A stretch of 64,000 nucleotides of DNA, taken from positions 1 through 64,000 of the IMG/VR virus record IMGVR_UViG_3300025910_000007, one strand, 5' to 3'. The number at the start of each line of letters is the position of its first letter. Positions within the stretch are counted from its first letter, which is position 1. The translations under genes and the position numbers were made by a program. Shown one piece after another: positions 38,952 through 47,840 of this stretch. The notes beneath the pieces are model-generated. The model made no database searches. It was not told the DNA's origin and saw nothing but the letters and a program-made list of their open reading frames with translations. The DNA is from a virus.

Positions 38952-39117
38952 TTCACTGTCCGCTGCTTTCTATGATCCCGCCACACCCACCGTTGCTTGC
39001 TTCCTATGTTCATGTATGTCAGTAGCAACGGCAAAGACGCCCCCCCCCGTTCGCCTCTTCATCAAAAGCCCTCGCCCACTTACCAGCCGATTCGGGGCCA
39101 GAATAAAATAGGATCAT
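38948..39117 (-). pseudogene. cassette 1 (G9 tract, out of frame)
   Basis: MILFYSGPE...[G9 39040-39048] then stop; G10 or G7 restores LPLLLTYM, ending in a TGA that overlaps the next ATG. Confidence 0.7.
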
Positions 39118-39123
39118 GGAAGA

Positions 39124-40023
39124 TCACTTGCCATTACCAGAGAAGAATCCAACGGCCGGACGGCGATTGGCTGGCTTGAATGGCCAGGGATATTCCGATA
39201 GCCACTTGCGCAGCCCCTCGAAAAACAACAGGTTGGCAATCTTGCGCTCGCTGTGGCGATTGATGACGCCATGTTCGATAACGTTGCCGTCCTTGTCGTT
39301 CTTGCCCAGCGGTACGCCAATCTGTTTCAGCCATTCCCGCACGATCCGTTGTTCACCGGGTGACAGCGTCGAGTAGTGCTTACCCTTGGCTCGCGTAGGG
39401 GCGTCCTGCGACATGGTAATTTGGTAGGGCTCTGTTTCGTATGTGAACCTACCGCCACGCTTGTGCGGTAGCAAGATACCGCCAAACGCCCCTACCTTCG
39501 TCCACGTAGCAGAATCCACGCTCCACCACGGATAGCGCAACAAACATTCGTATCCGGTGACGGCGAATCCATGCAGTTTTACTTTCGGTAGCCGCTTTGG
39601 AGTGTCGCAAACGAAATCAAACACGCGGTCTAACCACGTTCGACATGCTGGCGATCCGAAGCTTCCTACTAGGCCGCCGATGGCGATGAACTCATAACCA
39701 CGTCGAACGTAGCGACGCAGCCATTTCAGATCGGTGCGAAAATGTACCACCGGAACCGGCGCCAGTCCGTGTTCTTTTTCGAGGTACTGCTGATTACGCC
39801 ATGTTAGTTCTGGTTCTGGGATCGCGTCCACATTGGCGTAATAGTCGATGTACTTTCGGTATTTCTTGACGAAGGCCGCGTACTCATCCATGTACCGCCA
39901 GAATTCTTTGGTGTCGTAATAACTCCAGGGTGATTTTCCGTGCTTCTTTCCGTACTTCGTGGCGGCTGTCCAAAGAGAGAAGCTGCCACTGTCCAGAAAA
40001 AACAAGCCGTTTTCCGTAGTCAT
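39124..40023 (-). CDS. DpdA/TGT-like transglycosylase, N-terminally truncated paralog B
   Basis: FLDSGSFS, YANVD, PVPVVH, IAIGG, LHGF, PWWSVDS; in the que cluster. Confidence 0.75.
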   Translation of the reverse strand: MTTENGLFFLDSGSFSLWTAATKYGKKHGKSPWSYYDTKEFWRYMDEYAAFVKKYRKYIDYYANVDAIPEPELTWRNQQYLEKEHGLAPVPVVHFRTDLKWLRRYVRRGYEFIAIGGLVGSFGSPACRTWLDRVFDFVCDTPKRLPKVKLHGFAVTGYECLLRYPWWSVDSATWTKVGAFGGILLPHKRGGRFTYETEPYQITMSQDAPTRAKGKHYSTLSPGEQRIVREWLKQIGVPLGKNDKDGNVIEHGVINRHSERKIANLLFFEGLRKWLSEYPWPFKPANRRPAVGFFSGNGK

Positions 40024-40054
40024 TTCATCTGCCGTGAAATAGATTTGTGCGGCC

Positions 40055-40993
40055 CTAGAACGATACCGAGGCTCCGGACAGCCTCGCAAGCAAGAGTCTA
40101 TCAAATCGGGGACACGGTATGTCGAAAAAAGATAGCATGATGCGAGCTTTTGTTTTCAGCACCGTTTCAGGTTGTCCGCCTTTGGCTCCGGCGCCACTGT
40201 AGTAAATCTTCAGGGGCTTATAGCTTCCATCGGGTTGCAGCTTTTGCAATTGTTTCCGCAGCCATTCATAATATTTAAGGTAGCATGCGTACCAAACTCT
40301 CGGATTAGCTAAATCACCTGCGGAGAACCCTAGATGATCGAGCCATCGCAAAACAGCTCTACGATGAAGCGGAGGCAGCGTGTCGAGATGGCCTTGATTA
40401 CTTTGTTTGGTATTACCGACTTTTATGATGATTGCATCCTTTTCGGCTGTCCATACACCTTTTTTCGTTAGCGGTAACACTAAATATCCGCGGCTACCAA
40501 GATGCGCCCAACGTACTGTATCGACTGAATGCCAAGGAAACTGAGCCATCGACCGATGTCCTCCGATTCCAAAACCATGCACTTTCACTTGCGGGATTCC
40601 GCGGCTATTGCACAGCTGATCGAAAACCAGACGAATCCACTCCTTACTCGTTCTTCTAGTTGTCGAGGCTGCGATACCGCCCAGACCTATGTATCGGTAG
40701 CCCCGATTTATGTAGTGTCGAATCCACTGCAAATCTGTTCCTAGGTGTATGACTGGAACGGGAGAAAGCCCGTGCTCTTTTTCGAGATATTGCTGGTGGT
40801 CCCAAGACAACTTTGCGTCAAACATCACGTCGACATTAGCGTAGTAATCAATCGCGATTTCATTGGCATGAATAAAAGCCGCGTATTCATCCATGTACGT
40901 CTTGTAACTGGAGGCCGTCGCTTTCGATTTCTGCCAAAGTGAAAATGCGCCGGAATCTAAGAAATGTGAACGGGGCGGCCAGAATTCGGTCAT
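40055..40993 (-). CDS. DpdA/TGT-like transglycosylase paralog A with a C-terminal cassette-like segment
   Basis: FLDSGAFS, YANVD, PVPVIH, IGLGG, VHGFG, PWHSVD; C-terminal KIYYSG...QPE..L...IMLSFF. Confidence 0.75.
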   Translation of the reverse strand: MTEFWPPRSHFLDSGAFSLWQKSKATASSYKTYMDEYAAFIHANEIAIDYYANVDVMFDAKLSWDHQQYLEKEHGLSPVPVIHLGTDLQWIRHYINRGYRYIGLGGIAASTTRRTSKEWIRLVFDQLCNSRGIPQVKVHGFGIGGHRSMAQFPWHSVDTVRWAHLGSRGYLVLPLTKKGVWTAEKDAIIIKVGNTKQSNQGHLDTLPPLHRRAVLRWLDHLGFSAGDLANPRVWYACYLKYYEWLRKQLQKLQPDGSYKPLKIYYSGAGAKGGQPETVLKTKARIMLSFFDIPCPRFDRLLLARLSGASVSF

Positions 40994-40997
40994 GGTT

Positions 40998-41579
40998 TCA
41001 CCCGCGGATGAGACTGAGCAGTTCTTGGCGCACGACGGATTCACGAAAAGCCCCTGTCAATGACGATGTTACCAGTTCCGAATGCTGTTTCTGTACACCG
41101 CGACAAACCATGCAGAAATGAGTCGCTTCCAGTATACAAGCGGCCCCCAGCGGCTTCAGATGCTCGTCCAGCGCAGCAGTCACTTGCTGACATAGACGTT
41201 CCTGTATCTGCAAACGGCGAGCATAGATGTCGAGAATTCGTGCCAGTTTGCTTACTCCAATCACTCGTTTGTCTGGGATGTATGCGATGTGGGCGCTACC
41301 GAAAAATGGCTGTAGGTGATGTTCGCAAACAGAATGGAATTCGACATTGCGTAACACTACCATCTCGTCGCAGGCCCCATCCTCGAACACCTTCAGCACG
41401 TCTTCGGGTTTTTGTTTGTAACCTGCGAACAGCTCATCGTAACTGCGCAGCACGCGATCTGGGGTATCTCGCAGCCCCTCGCGCTCGGGGTCGTCCCCAA
41501 TGTACGTCAACAACGACAGAACGGCTTGACGGGCCTGACAGTACCAGATGGTATCGCCGGCCGGCTTCGGTTCATCCAT
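40998..41579 (-). CDS. folE: GTP cyclohydrolase I
   Basis: REGLRDTPDRV, CEHH, GVSKLAR, RRLQIQERL, HFCM..RGV. Confidence 0.95.
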   Translation of the reverse strand: MDEPKPAGDTIWYCQARQAVLSLLTYIGDDPEREGLRDTPDRVLRSYDELFAGYKQKPEDVLKVFEDGACDEMVVLRNVEFHSVCEHHLQPFFGSAHIAYIPDKRVIGVSKLARILDIYARRLQIQERLCQQVTAALDEHLKPLGAACILEATHFCMVCRGVQKQHSELVTSSLTGAFRESVVRQELLSLIRG

Positions 41580-41586
41580 GCGTTCC

Positions 41587-42267
41587 TCATTTCGACAGCA
41601 ATTCACAAGACAGGTAGGACAGCGGGTCTTCTGTGTTGTTGGCCGCGAACGCGGTAAGCCGCTCCTGGCAGCTTCCGCACTTGCCGCACGCGAGCGGCTG
41701 CGCCTTGTAGCAGGTGCGTGTCAGTGCGAACGGAACGTTCAGAAGCAGCCCCTCGCGCACGATGTCGTCCTTGGTAAGTTGCAGAAATGGCACTCGTAAG
41801 GAAACCTTGCCATCAGTCGCAGCAGCAATGGCTTCTCGTGCAGCGTCGATGAATCGTGGGCGACAGTCCGGATAGATGAAATGATCCCCCGCATGAACGC
41901 CTAGATACATGGTCGCCGCTCCGACGCTCTCAGCAAGACCAGCAAGGACAGATGCGAAAATCAGGTTGCGACAGGGGACCACTGTTTGGCGCATGCTCTC
42001 TGCTTCGTAGTGTCCCTCCGGTATATCGCCACCACTCAACAACAAATCAGAACGGAATCCCGCCATGACACCAGATAAATCGATGAGACGAAAAGACACC
42101 TCGTAGTAGCCCGCGATCTGCGATGCCGCTTGATTTTCGTATTGATTGTGCTTGGACCCATAGTAGAAGGCGACGGCCATCAGATCGTTGGGACGGATAT
42201 CTCGCAGCACTTGGGCTAGCAGCACAGTGGAATCCAAGCCGCCAGACAGCGAAACTATCGCTCGCAT
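41587..42267 (-). CDS. queC: 7-cyano-7-deazaguanine synthase
   Basis: SGGLDS, VPCRN, YPDCR, TCY...CGKCGSC.ER. Confidence 0.95.
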   Translation of the reverse strand: MRAIVSLSGGLDSTVLLAQVLRDIRPNDLMAVAFYYGSKHNQYENQAASQIAGYYEVSFRLIDLSGVMAGFRSDLLLSGGDIPEGHYEAESMRQTVVPCRNLIFASVLAGLAESVGAATMYLGVHAGDHFIYPDCRPRFIDAAREAIAAATDGKVSLRVPFLQLTKDDIVREGLLLNVPFALTRTCYKAQPLACGKCGSCQERLTAFAANNTEDPLSYLSCELLSK

Positions 42268-42269
42268 AA

Positions 42270-42998
42270 CTACTCCAATCCAACGATCTTGTGTAACTGA
42301 AGACAGAGGGTATAGCCAAAGCGTAGACAGCTGTCGACCGCTGCTTTGGTGTTGGCTGCATTCTTGACAGGATCTTGCTCATCGCAGGGCTGGACATAGA
42401 CCTTGTCATGGTATTGATGCAGTGGTAAAGGACGGAAGGGGCGACAGCCGTTAAGTGTCACAGACGGCAGCCCGTCAGCCTCGACCTGTCCGGCACTGAT
42501 GACGTATTTCCATGCGTCGACGCGGCGAACGATCTCGGGTGCCACCTTTGGCGTCTTGGGGGAGCAGACGAAGTGCAACTTGGGGTGATCGTACAAAGTG
42601 GAGAGCGATGGATCGTACAACGTGCCATTCGTCTCGATTTGCACGACGAAGTTGGCCAGTGCTGTACCAATGAAATCTCCGAGCCGCTGCCGTAGCGGTT
42701 CCCCTCCGGTAATGACGATCAGGTCACGGTCGGGATGATTCGTCTGGTAGGGGCCGCGCAGTTGCTGCAACACTTCGATAATCAACTGGAATTTCGACAG
42801 AAGCCGACGACCGCTCGTGTAGTCTGTGTCGCAGAGCGGGCACTGGAGATTGCAGCCAGCCAGACGAATAAACACAGCCGGACGTCCAGCAAATGGCCCC
42901 TCGCCCTGAACCGTGTAGAATACCGAATGGACGTCAAGCAATCCTTCGGGATGCGGCTCACTCTTTTCGATGGGCTGGACATTCGGCAGGGTAATCAC
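42270..42998 (-). CDS. queE: 7-carboxy-7-deazaguanine synthase (radical SAM)
   Basis: FYTVQGEG, CNLQCPLCDT, ITGGEP, IETNG, LQLHK. Confidence 0.95.
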   Translation of the reverse strand: MITLPNVQPIEKSEPHPEGLLDVHSVFYTVQGEGPFAGRPAVFIRLAGCNLQCPLCDTDYTSGRRLLSKFQLIIEVLQQLRGPYQTNHPDRDLIVITGGEPLRQRLGDFIGTALANFVVQIETNGTLYDPSLSTLYDHPKLHFVCSPKTPKVAPEIVRRVDAWKYVISAGQVEADGLPSVTLNGCRPFRPLPLHQYHDKVYVQPCDEQDPVKNAANTKAAVDSCLRFGYTLCLQLHKIVGLE

Positions 42999-43174
42999 TG
43001 GGCTTCCTCCTGCTGCTGCTTCATGCGGTCCCGCACTTCTTGCCGCAGGATGATGACGTCATCAGGGGCGACGAACCCCAGGCGAACGCGCTTACCGATC
43101 ACCTCCAGCACCGTGACCGTGATACCACCGTCCACGACAATCTGTTCGCCTTCTTTGCGACTCAGAACAAGCAT
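42995..43174 (-). CDS. csrA: carbon storage regulator CsrA (59 aa, absent from the ORF track)
   Basis: MLVLSRKEGEQIVVDGGITVTVLEVIGKRVRLGFVAPDDVIILRQEV; AAGGAGG RBS. Confidence 0.9.
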   Translation of the reverse strand: MLVLSRKEGEQIVVDGGITVTVLEVIGKRVRLGFVAPDDVIILRQEVRDRMKQQQEEAQ

Positions 43175-43199
43175 GATTTACCTCCTTGCTAGGACTGAT

Positions 43200-43628
43200 C
43201 TAGTATCCATGTCCGGGATAATCGGCGCAACAGGCCGGCGTTTCCCAGAGCCGCACGTTCGTTACTTCGAGCCCGCTAACCGTCAGCAGCTCTTGGCATT
43301 TTTCGTACAGTTCTCGCGCCATGTTTTCGGCGGTCGGATTGCCGTACTTGACGGCGTAAGGCGGACGTTCCTCGGTTGCTGCTAAATGGGATAGCTGCGG
43401 ATCGGCGGCATTCAACAGCAGCGCATGGTCCCAATTGGCGTCCAGCCAGCCCCCAATCAACTCTTTGATCTTGCCAAAGTCGACCACCATGCCCAGCCGA
43501 TCCAAGCCGTCGGCCCGTACCGTTACCTCAGCAACGCCGCGGTGACCGTGCAGCGAACGGCACTTGCCGCCGTGCCCCAGCACGCGGTGACCGTAGTCGA
43601 ATTCCAGGCGGCGGGTAACGGTGGTCAT
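43200..43628 (-). CDS. queD: 6-carboxytetrahydropterin synthase
   Basis: FDYGHRV..H.GKC..LHGH, GMVVDF, WDH, NPTAEN, LWET. Confidence 0.95.
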   Translation of the reverse strand: MTTVTRRLEFDYGHRVLGHGGKCRSLHGHRGVAEVTVRADGLDRLGMVVDFGKIKELIGGWLDANWDHALLLNAADPQLSHLAATEERPPYAVKYGNPTAENMARELYEKCQELLTVSGLEVTNVRLWETPACCADYPGHGY

Positions 43629-44101
43629 GTCCCCCTCGAAAATAATCCGCCAGATCGATGCGAGAGCGTTGATTTGACTGCTGCCAGCATTTTGCCGATG
43701 GGAAGGCCCACGAATGGAAAGACAAGATCAACGGAGCTGTTCGCGAACGCGGCTCGAATTGCTGCGCAATATTCCTTGCCCCCCAAACCAATCACCTGCT
43801 CGAATCTATGCAGTTTCATCCGCAAGACCTGCTCGCAAAGCAACCGAACCGCTATCGGAGATGATGATGGTCGGTTGAAAGAGACATCGTAGGGGCCGGG
43901 AATCATGAAATCGGGCGAGATGAATCCGTATTTGGCGCTGAGTATCATCCAAACATCGCCGAACTTTTCGGCGTAACGGCGATTCAGGCGAAACGGCCCG
44001 CCAATGTAGGCCGACTTCGCCTGAATCGCCCCGCGCCGGGGAGCGACGTCCCATGCCTTTGCCTTGCCGCATGGGACTACCACTAGCGTCCCGCTTCCCA
44101 T
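43625..44101 (-). CDS. DUF6884-like protein
   Basis: VVPCGKAK...A..AY.G..F...AE...ILSAKYG. Confidence 0.65.
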   Translation of the reverse strand: MGSGTLVVVPCGKAKAWDVAPRRGAIQAKSAYIGGPFRLNRRYAEKFGDVWMILSAKYGFISPDFMIPGPYDVSFNRPSSSPIAVRLLCEQVLRMKLHRFEQVIGLGGKEYCAAIRAAFANSSVDLVFPFVGLPIGKMLAAVKSTLSHRSGGLFSRGT

Positions 44102-44109
44102 AACAGTCT

Positions 44110-46551
44110 CTACTTCGTGGCACAGCTCGGCAGGTTGTCGCCGCGCCCCCAGGCCGAAATCCAGCCGCGAATGGTGGACACCTTGACGGCTTGATTGACG
44201 GCGTTCGCGTACTCCTCAGCATTCTTGGCCGACTTGTCTTTGTTTTTCAGCCACGCCTTGTAGACCTGCTCTTTGTTCGACGGACCGCGGACGGTGTCGC
44301 TTTTGGCGACCTTGTCCTTCTTCGCGACCTTTGCCGGCTTGGCAGCAGCTGGGGCCTTGACATGCCCATTGCTCGCGGCTTTGGGCGCATCCCCTTCCAA
44401 CCCGATCTCGGTGTGCTCGCCCAGCGCCTTGCGGATGTTCGCCAGCAGGCCCTTCAGCGTCTTGTCTTCGGGCTCGCGGACGTCCGCCTCACCCATCTCG
44501 GCCAACGTGTTCAGGTTGCGCACGATGGCCACACGCTTCGCATCGCCGGCCGCTGCGAACCCCATCGCCGCCAGCAGCTCCCGGGCCTGCTTTTCGTCAA
44601 CCAGCAGCTGCTTCTTCCGCTTCGTTGCCGTTGCCATGTCTTCCTCCATTGTGTCTGTAGTGGGCGATGTCGGGTATTGTATGGACTTCGCCGACTCAGG
44701 AAACACCAATCCCGCCGCCTCTGCCTGAATCAACATCTCTTCGCGATTGCTGCCCACCTTGGCCCGACCCGTCCTGCCACAGTGCGTCCGCTCGGCCGCT
44801 TCCAGGGCCGTCCCCAGGCTGCGGTAGTGCTTGGGATAGTTGCTGCCGCCCATCTTGAGGTCCAGCTCACAGACCTGCCACGTCCCACGAATGCCGTCGA
44901 CCGACGAGAAGAACTCGGCGAAGAAGTAATTCTCGCCACCGGAGAGCATCGCCGTGGCCCGGCTGACGCGATAGCGTCCGCAGACCGTCTCCCAAATCTG
45001 CCGATAGGAGGTGGCACCGACCACCCTTTTCTCGTCGAACATCCATTCCAGCCGGCCATCATCGGGCGGGCGGATACGTACCGGCACCGCATTGTCCCGT
45101 GCTGCCGGACGGGATTCCCCAGCGTTGACCCGCTTGCGAGCCGTGAAGTCGCCCTTGCGCATCATCTCGTTCGTGACGTCGCCGGGCTTCACGCCGTGCG
45201 GGGCCAGCAGTTCCGGCCAGTCCGCCCATTGATGGACGTTCGGACCGTGCAGCCAGACCAACTCGTTGACGACGTTCTGCACGTCCGTCTTCTGCGTCTT
45301 GACGACGGGCGGTGCGGGTGCGTCGGCGTTGCCTGCGCGTTTGGTCGGCACTGAAGTGTCCTCCAGAAGTCCCTCATCCAGTGCTAGTATAACCCAGCGC
45401 TCGAACTGGACGTCACCGACCGCCTCCTTGAGCGACGCCAGATCGGCCGGCACCTCGGCATCCCCTGCAACCTGATCCGCGGTCCAGCCGCTGACGATCA
45501 GGATGGCGGCGAACTCCTCGTAGGACTGCGGGACGTCGGCGACGGTGCTGGACACGGTACGCCGTTCCGCTGCCAGCATCTGCGGTACTGCGAGGGCGCC
45601 GACGGCCTTACGGGGCAGGATGATGTCGACGACGCGGTCGTAGGTTTCCTGCAACGATTCCTTCGCAGCCGCTTCCGTCCGAAACGGTCCGGCAACGGAC
45701 GTGTTGCCATCTGCGACGTAGTAGTTCGGGAATGACGCACCGTCCGATGCGACCTTCAGACCATCAGATGCCGGGGCAGGAATACCAGCAGCCGTAGCAG
45801 TGGCAGACGGGGCAGGACTGTCCACCGCCGGGGTAGGCGGGAAAGGGGGCTGGTCATTCCAATTGGCGGGCGGTTCACTGACGAACGCCTCGAAATCAGG
45901 GTTGGTGATGGCTTGGCCTTCCTCCTGCTTCTTGAGGTACGCGCTGATCTCATTGGCTGCACGCTGCCGGTTGGCCGCGACCTCCTCCGGCTGATCCTCC
46001 AGCTCGCTCGGGTCCAGTTCAGCATCGGGCGTCCGGTTGGCCTCGTCGTCAGCGATCAGCCGTTCCGCTTCCTCCGGCGACGGCCGCATGGGGTCGGGCT
46101 CTTCACCAAAGTAACCGCCATCCTCCTCGCGGGCCATCAGCTGCGACGCCTGCCATTCCGGGCAGTCCGTGTTACCGCAGCTGCAACCGGGCGGATGCGC
46201 CTGCACGATGGCGTCAGTCTCTTCGCCCCAGACCTTCGCCGCTGCGTTGCTCAGTTCCTCAGCGACCGCGTTCTGCTGTTCGCAGTGGGCGGCGTAGGCG
46301 CCTTCCGTCTGCTTCAGCTCGGCGTCCTGCGCCGCATGCTCTTCGGCGAACGCCTTGGCGGCGGTCAGGGACAGCCGCTTGGTGCTGATCTTGACGTCCT
46401 TGCCATCGACCATGTGGCAGACGTCGAAGAAGCGATCCTTGCGCTTCAGCAACAGGTAGGTCGTGCCCTCACTGAAGTGATTGCCGCTGTTCTCGTCCCG
46501 CGTCCAGTTCAAGCTAGCCATCGTCGTCTCCTGTTGGTGGATTCTTCTCAC
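44110..46551 (-). CDS. large acidic multi-domain hypothetical protein
   Basis: 813-aa ORF with strong codon bias; likely start MASLNW after ACAGGAG. Confidence 0.7.
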   Translation of the reverse strand: MRRIHQQETTMASLNWTRDENSGNHFSEGTTYLLLKRKDRFFDVCHMVDGKDVKISTKRLSLTAAKAFAEEHAAQDAELKQTEGAYAAHCEQQNAVAEELSNAAAKVWGEETDAIVQAHPPGCSCGNTDCPEWQASQLMAREEDGGYFGEEPDPMRPSPEEAERLIADDEANRTPDAELDPSELEDQPEEVAANRQRAANEISAYLKKQEEGQAITNPDFEAFVSEPPANWNDQPPFPPTPAVDSPAPSATATAAGIPAPASDGLKVASDGASFPNYYVADGNTSVAGPFRTEAAAKESLQETYDRVVDIILPRKAVGALAVPQMLAAERRTVSSTVADVPQSYEEFAAILIVSGWTADQVAGDAEVPADLASLKEAVGDVQFERWVILALDEGLLEDTSVPTKRAGNADAPAPPVVKTQKTDVQNVVNELVWLHGPNVHQWADWPELLAPHGVKPGDVTNEMMRKGDFTARKRVNAGESRPAARDNAVPVRIRPPDDGRLEWMFDEKRVVGATSYRQIWETVCGRYRVSRATAMLSGGENYFFAEFFSSVDGIRGTWQVCELDLKMGGSNYPKHYRSLGTALEAAERTHCGRTGRAKVGSNREEMLIQAEAAGLVFPESAKSIQYPTSPTTDTMEEDMATATKRKKQLLVDEKQARELLAAMGFAAAGDAKRVAIVRNLNTLAEMGEADVREPEDKTLKGLLANIRKALGEHTEIGLEGDAPKAASNGHVKAPAAAKPAKVAKKDKVAKSDTVRGPSNKEQVYKAWLKNKDKSAKNAEEYANAVNQAVKVSTIRGWISAWGRGDNLPSCATK

Positions 46552-46595
46552 CGCTTCAACACTGCCCTGTTCCGCAAGGTTGTTTGGGCTGCGGC

Positions 46596-46877
46596 TTACT
46601 CAAGTAGCCGGATCAACTCCGGCAGTTCCTCCGGCGCGATCGGCCGGAGGCTGTTCAGGTCGCCGCCGGTCAACTTGCGGTACACCTGACCCAACCACAC
46701 CGGGCTGGGGTCATACCGCCGTCCTGCCCCTTGATGCGGTGGTATGTGGGCCGTCGCCACGATCTGCCCGTCGTGGACGGACAGCGTGCTCCAGGTGTAA
46801 GTAACCCGGCATGGTGGCGAGGTCCACATCTCTGGTTCCGTCTGGTACTTCGGCATCTTTCCATCTCCCTGCTGCAC
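46596..46877 (-). CDS. hypothetical protein
   Basis: operon tiling. Confidence 0.45.
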   Translation of the reverse strand: MQQGDGKMPKYQTEPEMWTSPPCRVTYTWSTLSVHDGQIVATAHIPPHQGAGRRYDPSPVWLGQVYRKLTGGDLNSLRPIAPEELPELIRLLE

Positions 46878-47176
46878 TACGCAGCTTCGGTCGGGCGAAA
46901 GTGTTCGAGAATGTCTTGCGGCAGATACCTACAGGTCGAGCCGTCGCTGTTCTCGGCGTTGTGGACGAGCACCCACAGCCTCTCGTGAGCTTCACCGATC
47001 TCGAAGCACAGCCCCTTGCTGCCAATGACTGCCTGACAACCGGCAACAAACCCCAACGCCCATCCCGTCACAGACGCGGTAGTCACTGTTTTGGAAGGTA
47101 CGAACTCTGCCCACCAAGGACGATCAGCGTAGGGTCCGGCGTCTGGGAAAACCCCTGCGGTTCGGATTGGATGCAT
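46877..47176 (-). CDS. hypothetical protein
   Basis: ACAGGAG RBS downstream of a promoter. Confidence 0.5.
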   Translation of the reverse strand: MHPIRTAGVFPDAGPYADRPWWAEFVPSKTVTTASVTGWALGFVAGCQAVIGSKGLCFEIGEAHERLWVLVHNAENSDGSTCRYLPQDILEHFRPTEAA

Positions 47177-47220
47177 TGCTGTTCTCCTGTTTTCGTTTCC
47201 CGCGTTCCCTTATCTACCCT

Positions 47221-47250
47221 TAATCTTACCGTCAGGTTAGAATAAAGCAA
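47221..47250 (-). promoter_or_regulatory. sigma70-like early promoter with overlapping palindromic operator (copy 1)
   Basis: minus TTGCTT-16 nt-TAAGAT; core TCTAACC-TGAC-GGTAAGA. Confidence 0.7.
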
Positions 47251-47315
47251 TAGCTGTTGCACCTTTTTTCTGAAATAATTTTCCGGTTCAAGCTCAGCCA
47301 ATTTCCCCAGCTTAC

Positions 47316-47738
47316 CTATCTTAACAAACGCGCCAGGATCGCGTGTACCGCGTTGGCGGCGTCCCAGCGGGGCAAAGGGCGGTTTCTAGCACCCTCGTTG
47401 ATTCTGGGGGCATCCTGTCGCTTTGGCGACCGTATCCTGACGGGCCAGGCGCCCCAGCTTGCGTTCCGCCACGATGGCCCCTTCTCTGCTTCGGACAGCG
47501 GGGCCGGTGCGGCCTGCATTGTGCTGGGCCTGCGTACAGTCAACTCATGTACAGTACCCGGCAGTTCGCCCATCCCGCCTAACGTCGCCAGCACAACCTG
47601 ACCGGGACTGGCATAGCGAACGAACCGCAGCGGCCGGCCGTGGGTATCGCTGTAGACCAGCTCGAACATGCGGTAAGGACACCAGCGCAGGCTGGCATCG
47701 TTCGCGATCTGAGCGGCGGTGGGCTTGCCCTTGGCCAT
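47316..47738 (-). CDS. hypothetical protein
   Basis: ORF between two promoters. Confidence 0.5.
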   Translation of the reverse strand: MAKGKPTAAQIANDASLRWCPYRMFELVYSDTHGRPLRFVRYASPGQVVLATLGGMGELPGTVHELTVRRPSTMQAAPAPLSEAEKGPSWRNASWGAWPVRIRSPKRQDAPRINEGARNRPLPRWDAANAVHAILARLLR

Positions 47739-47780
47739 TGCTGAATCCTATCTTCGCTTCGTTCGTCTTTCCAACGTCCT

Positions 47781-47810
47781 TAATCTTACCGTCAGGTTAG
47801 ATTAAGTCAA
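47781..47810 (-). promoter_or_regulatory. promoter/operator copy 2
   Basis: minus TTGACT-16 nt-TAAGAT with the same core. Confidence 0.7.
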
Positions 47811-47840
47811 GCGCTTTTTGGCGAAAGTGAAAAGATTTTC

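Noticed and set aside
37872-39117. Diversity-generating retroelement or shufflon behind the cassette array
   Set aside because: No reverse transcriptase, invertase, template/variable repeat pair or inverted crossover sites; the cassettes are divergent at DNA level and all in one orientation.
44191-45354. Long plus-strand ORFs antisense to real genes (e.g. 44191-45354, 24786-25610, 6935-7777)
   Set aside because: Shadow ORFs arising from GC-rich codon bias; no RBS or recognisable motifs.
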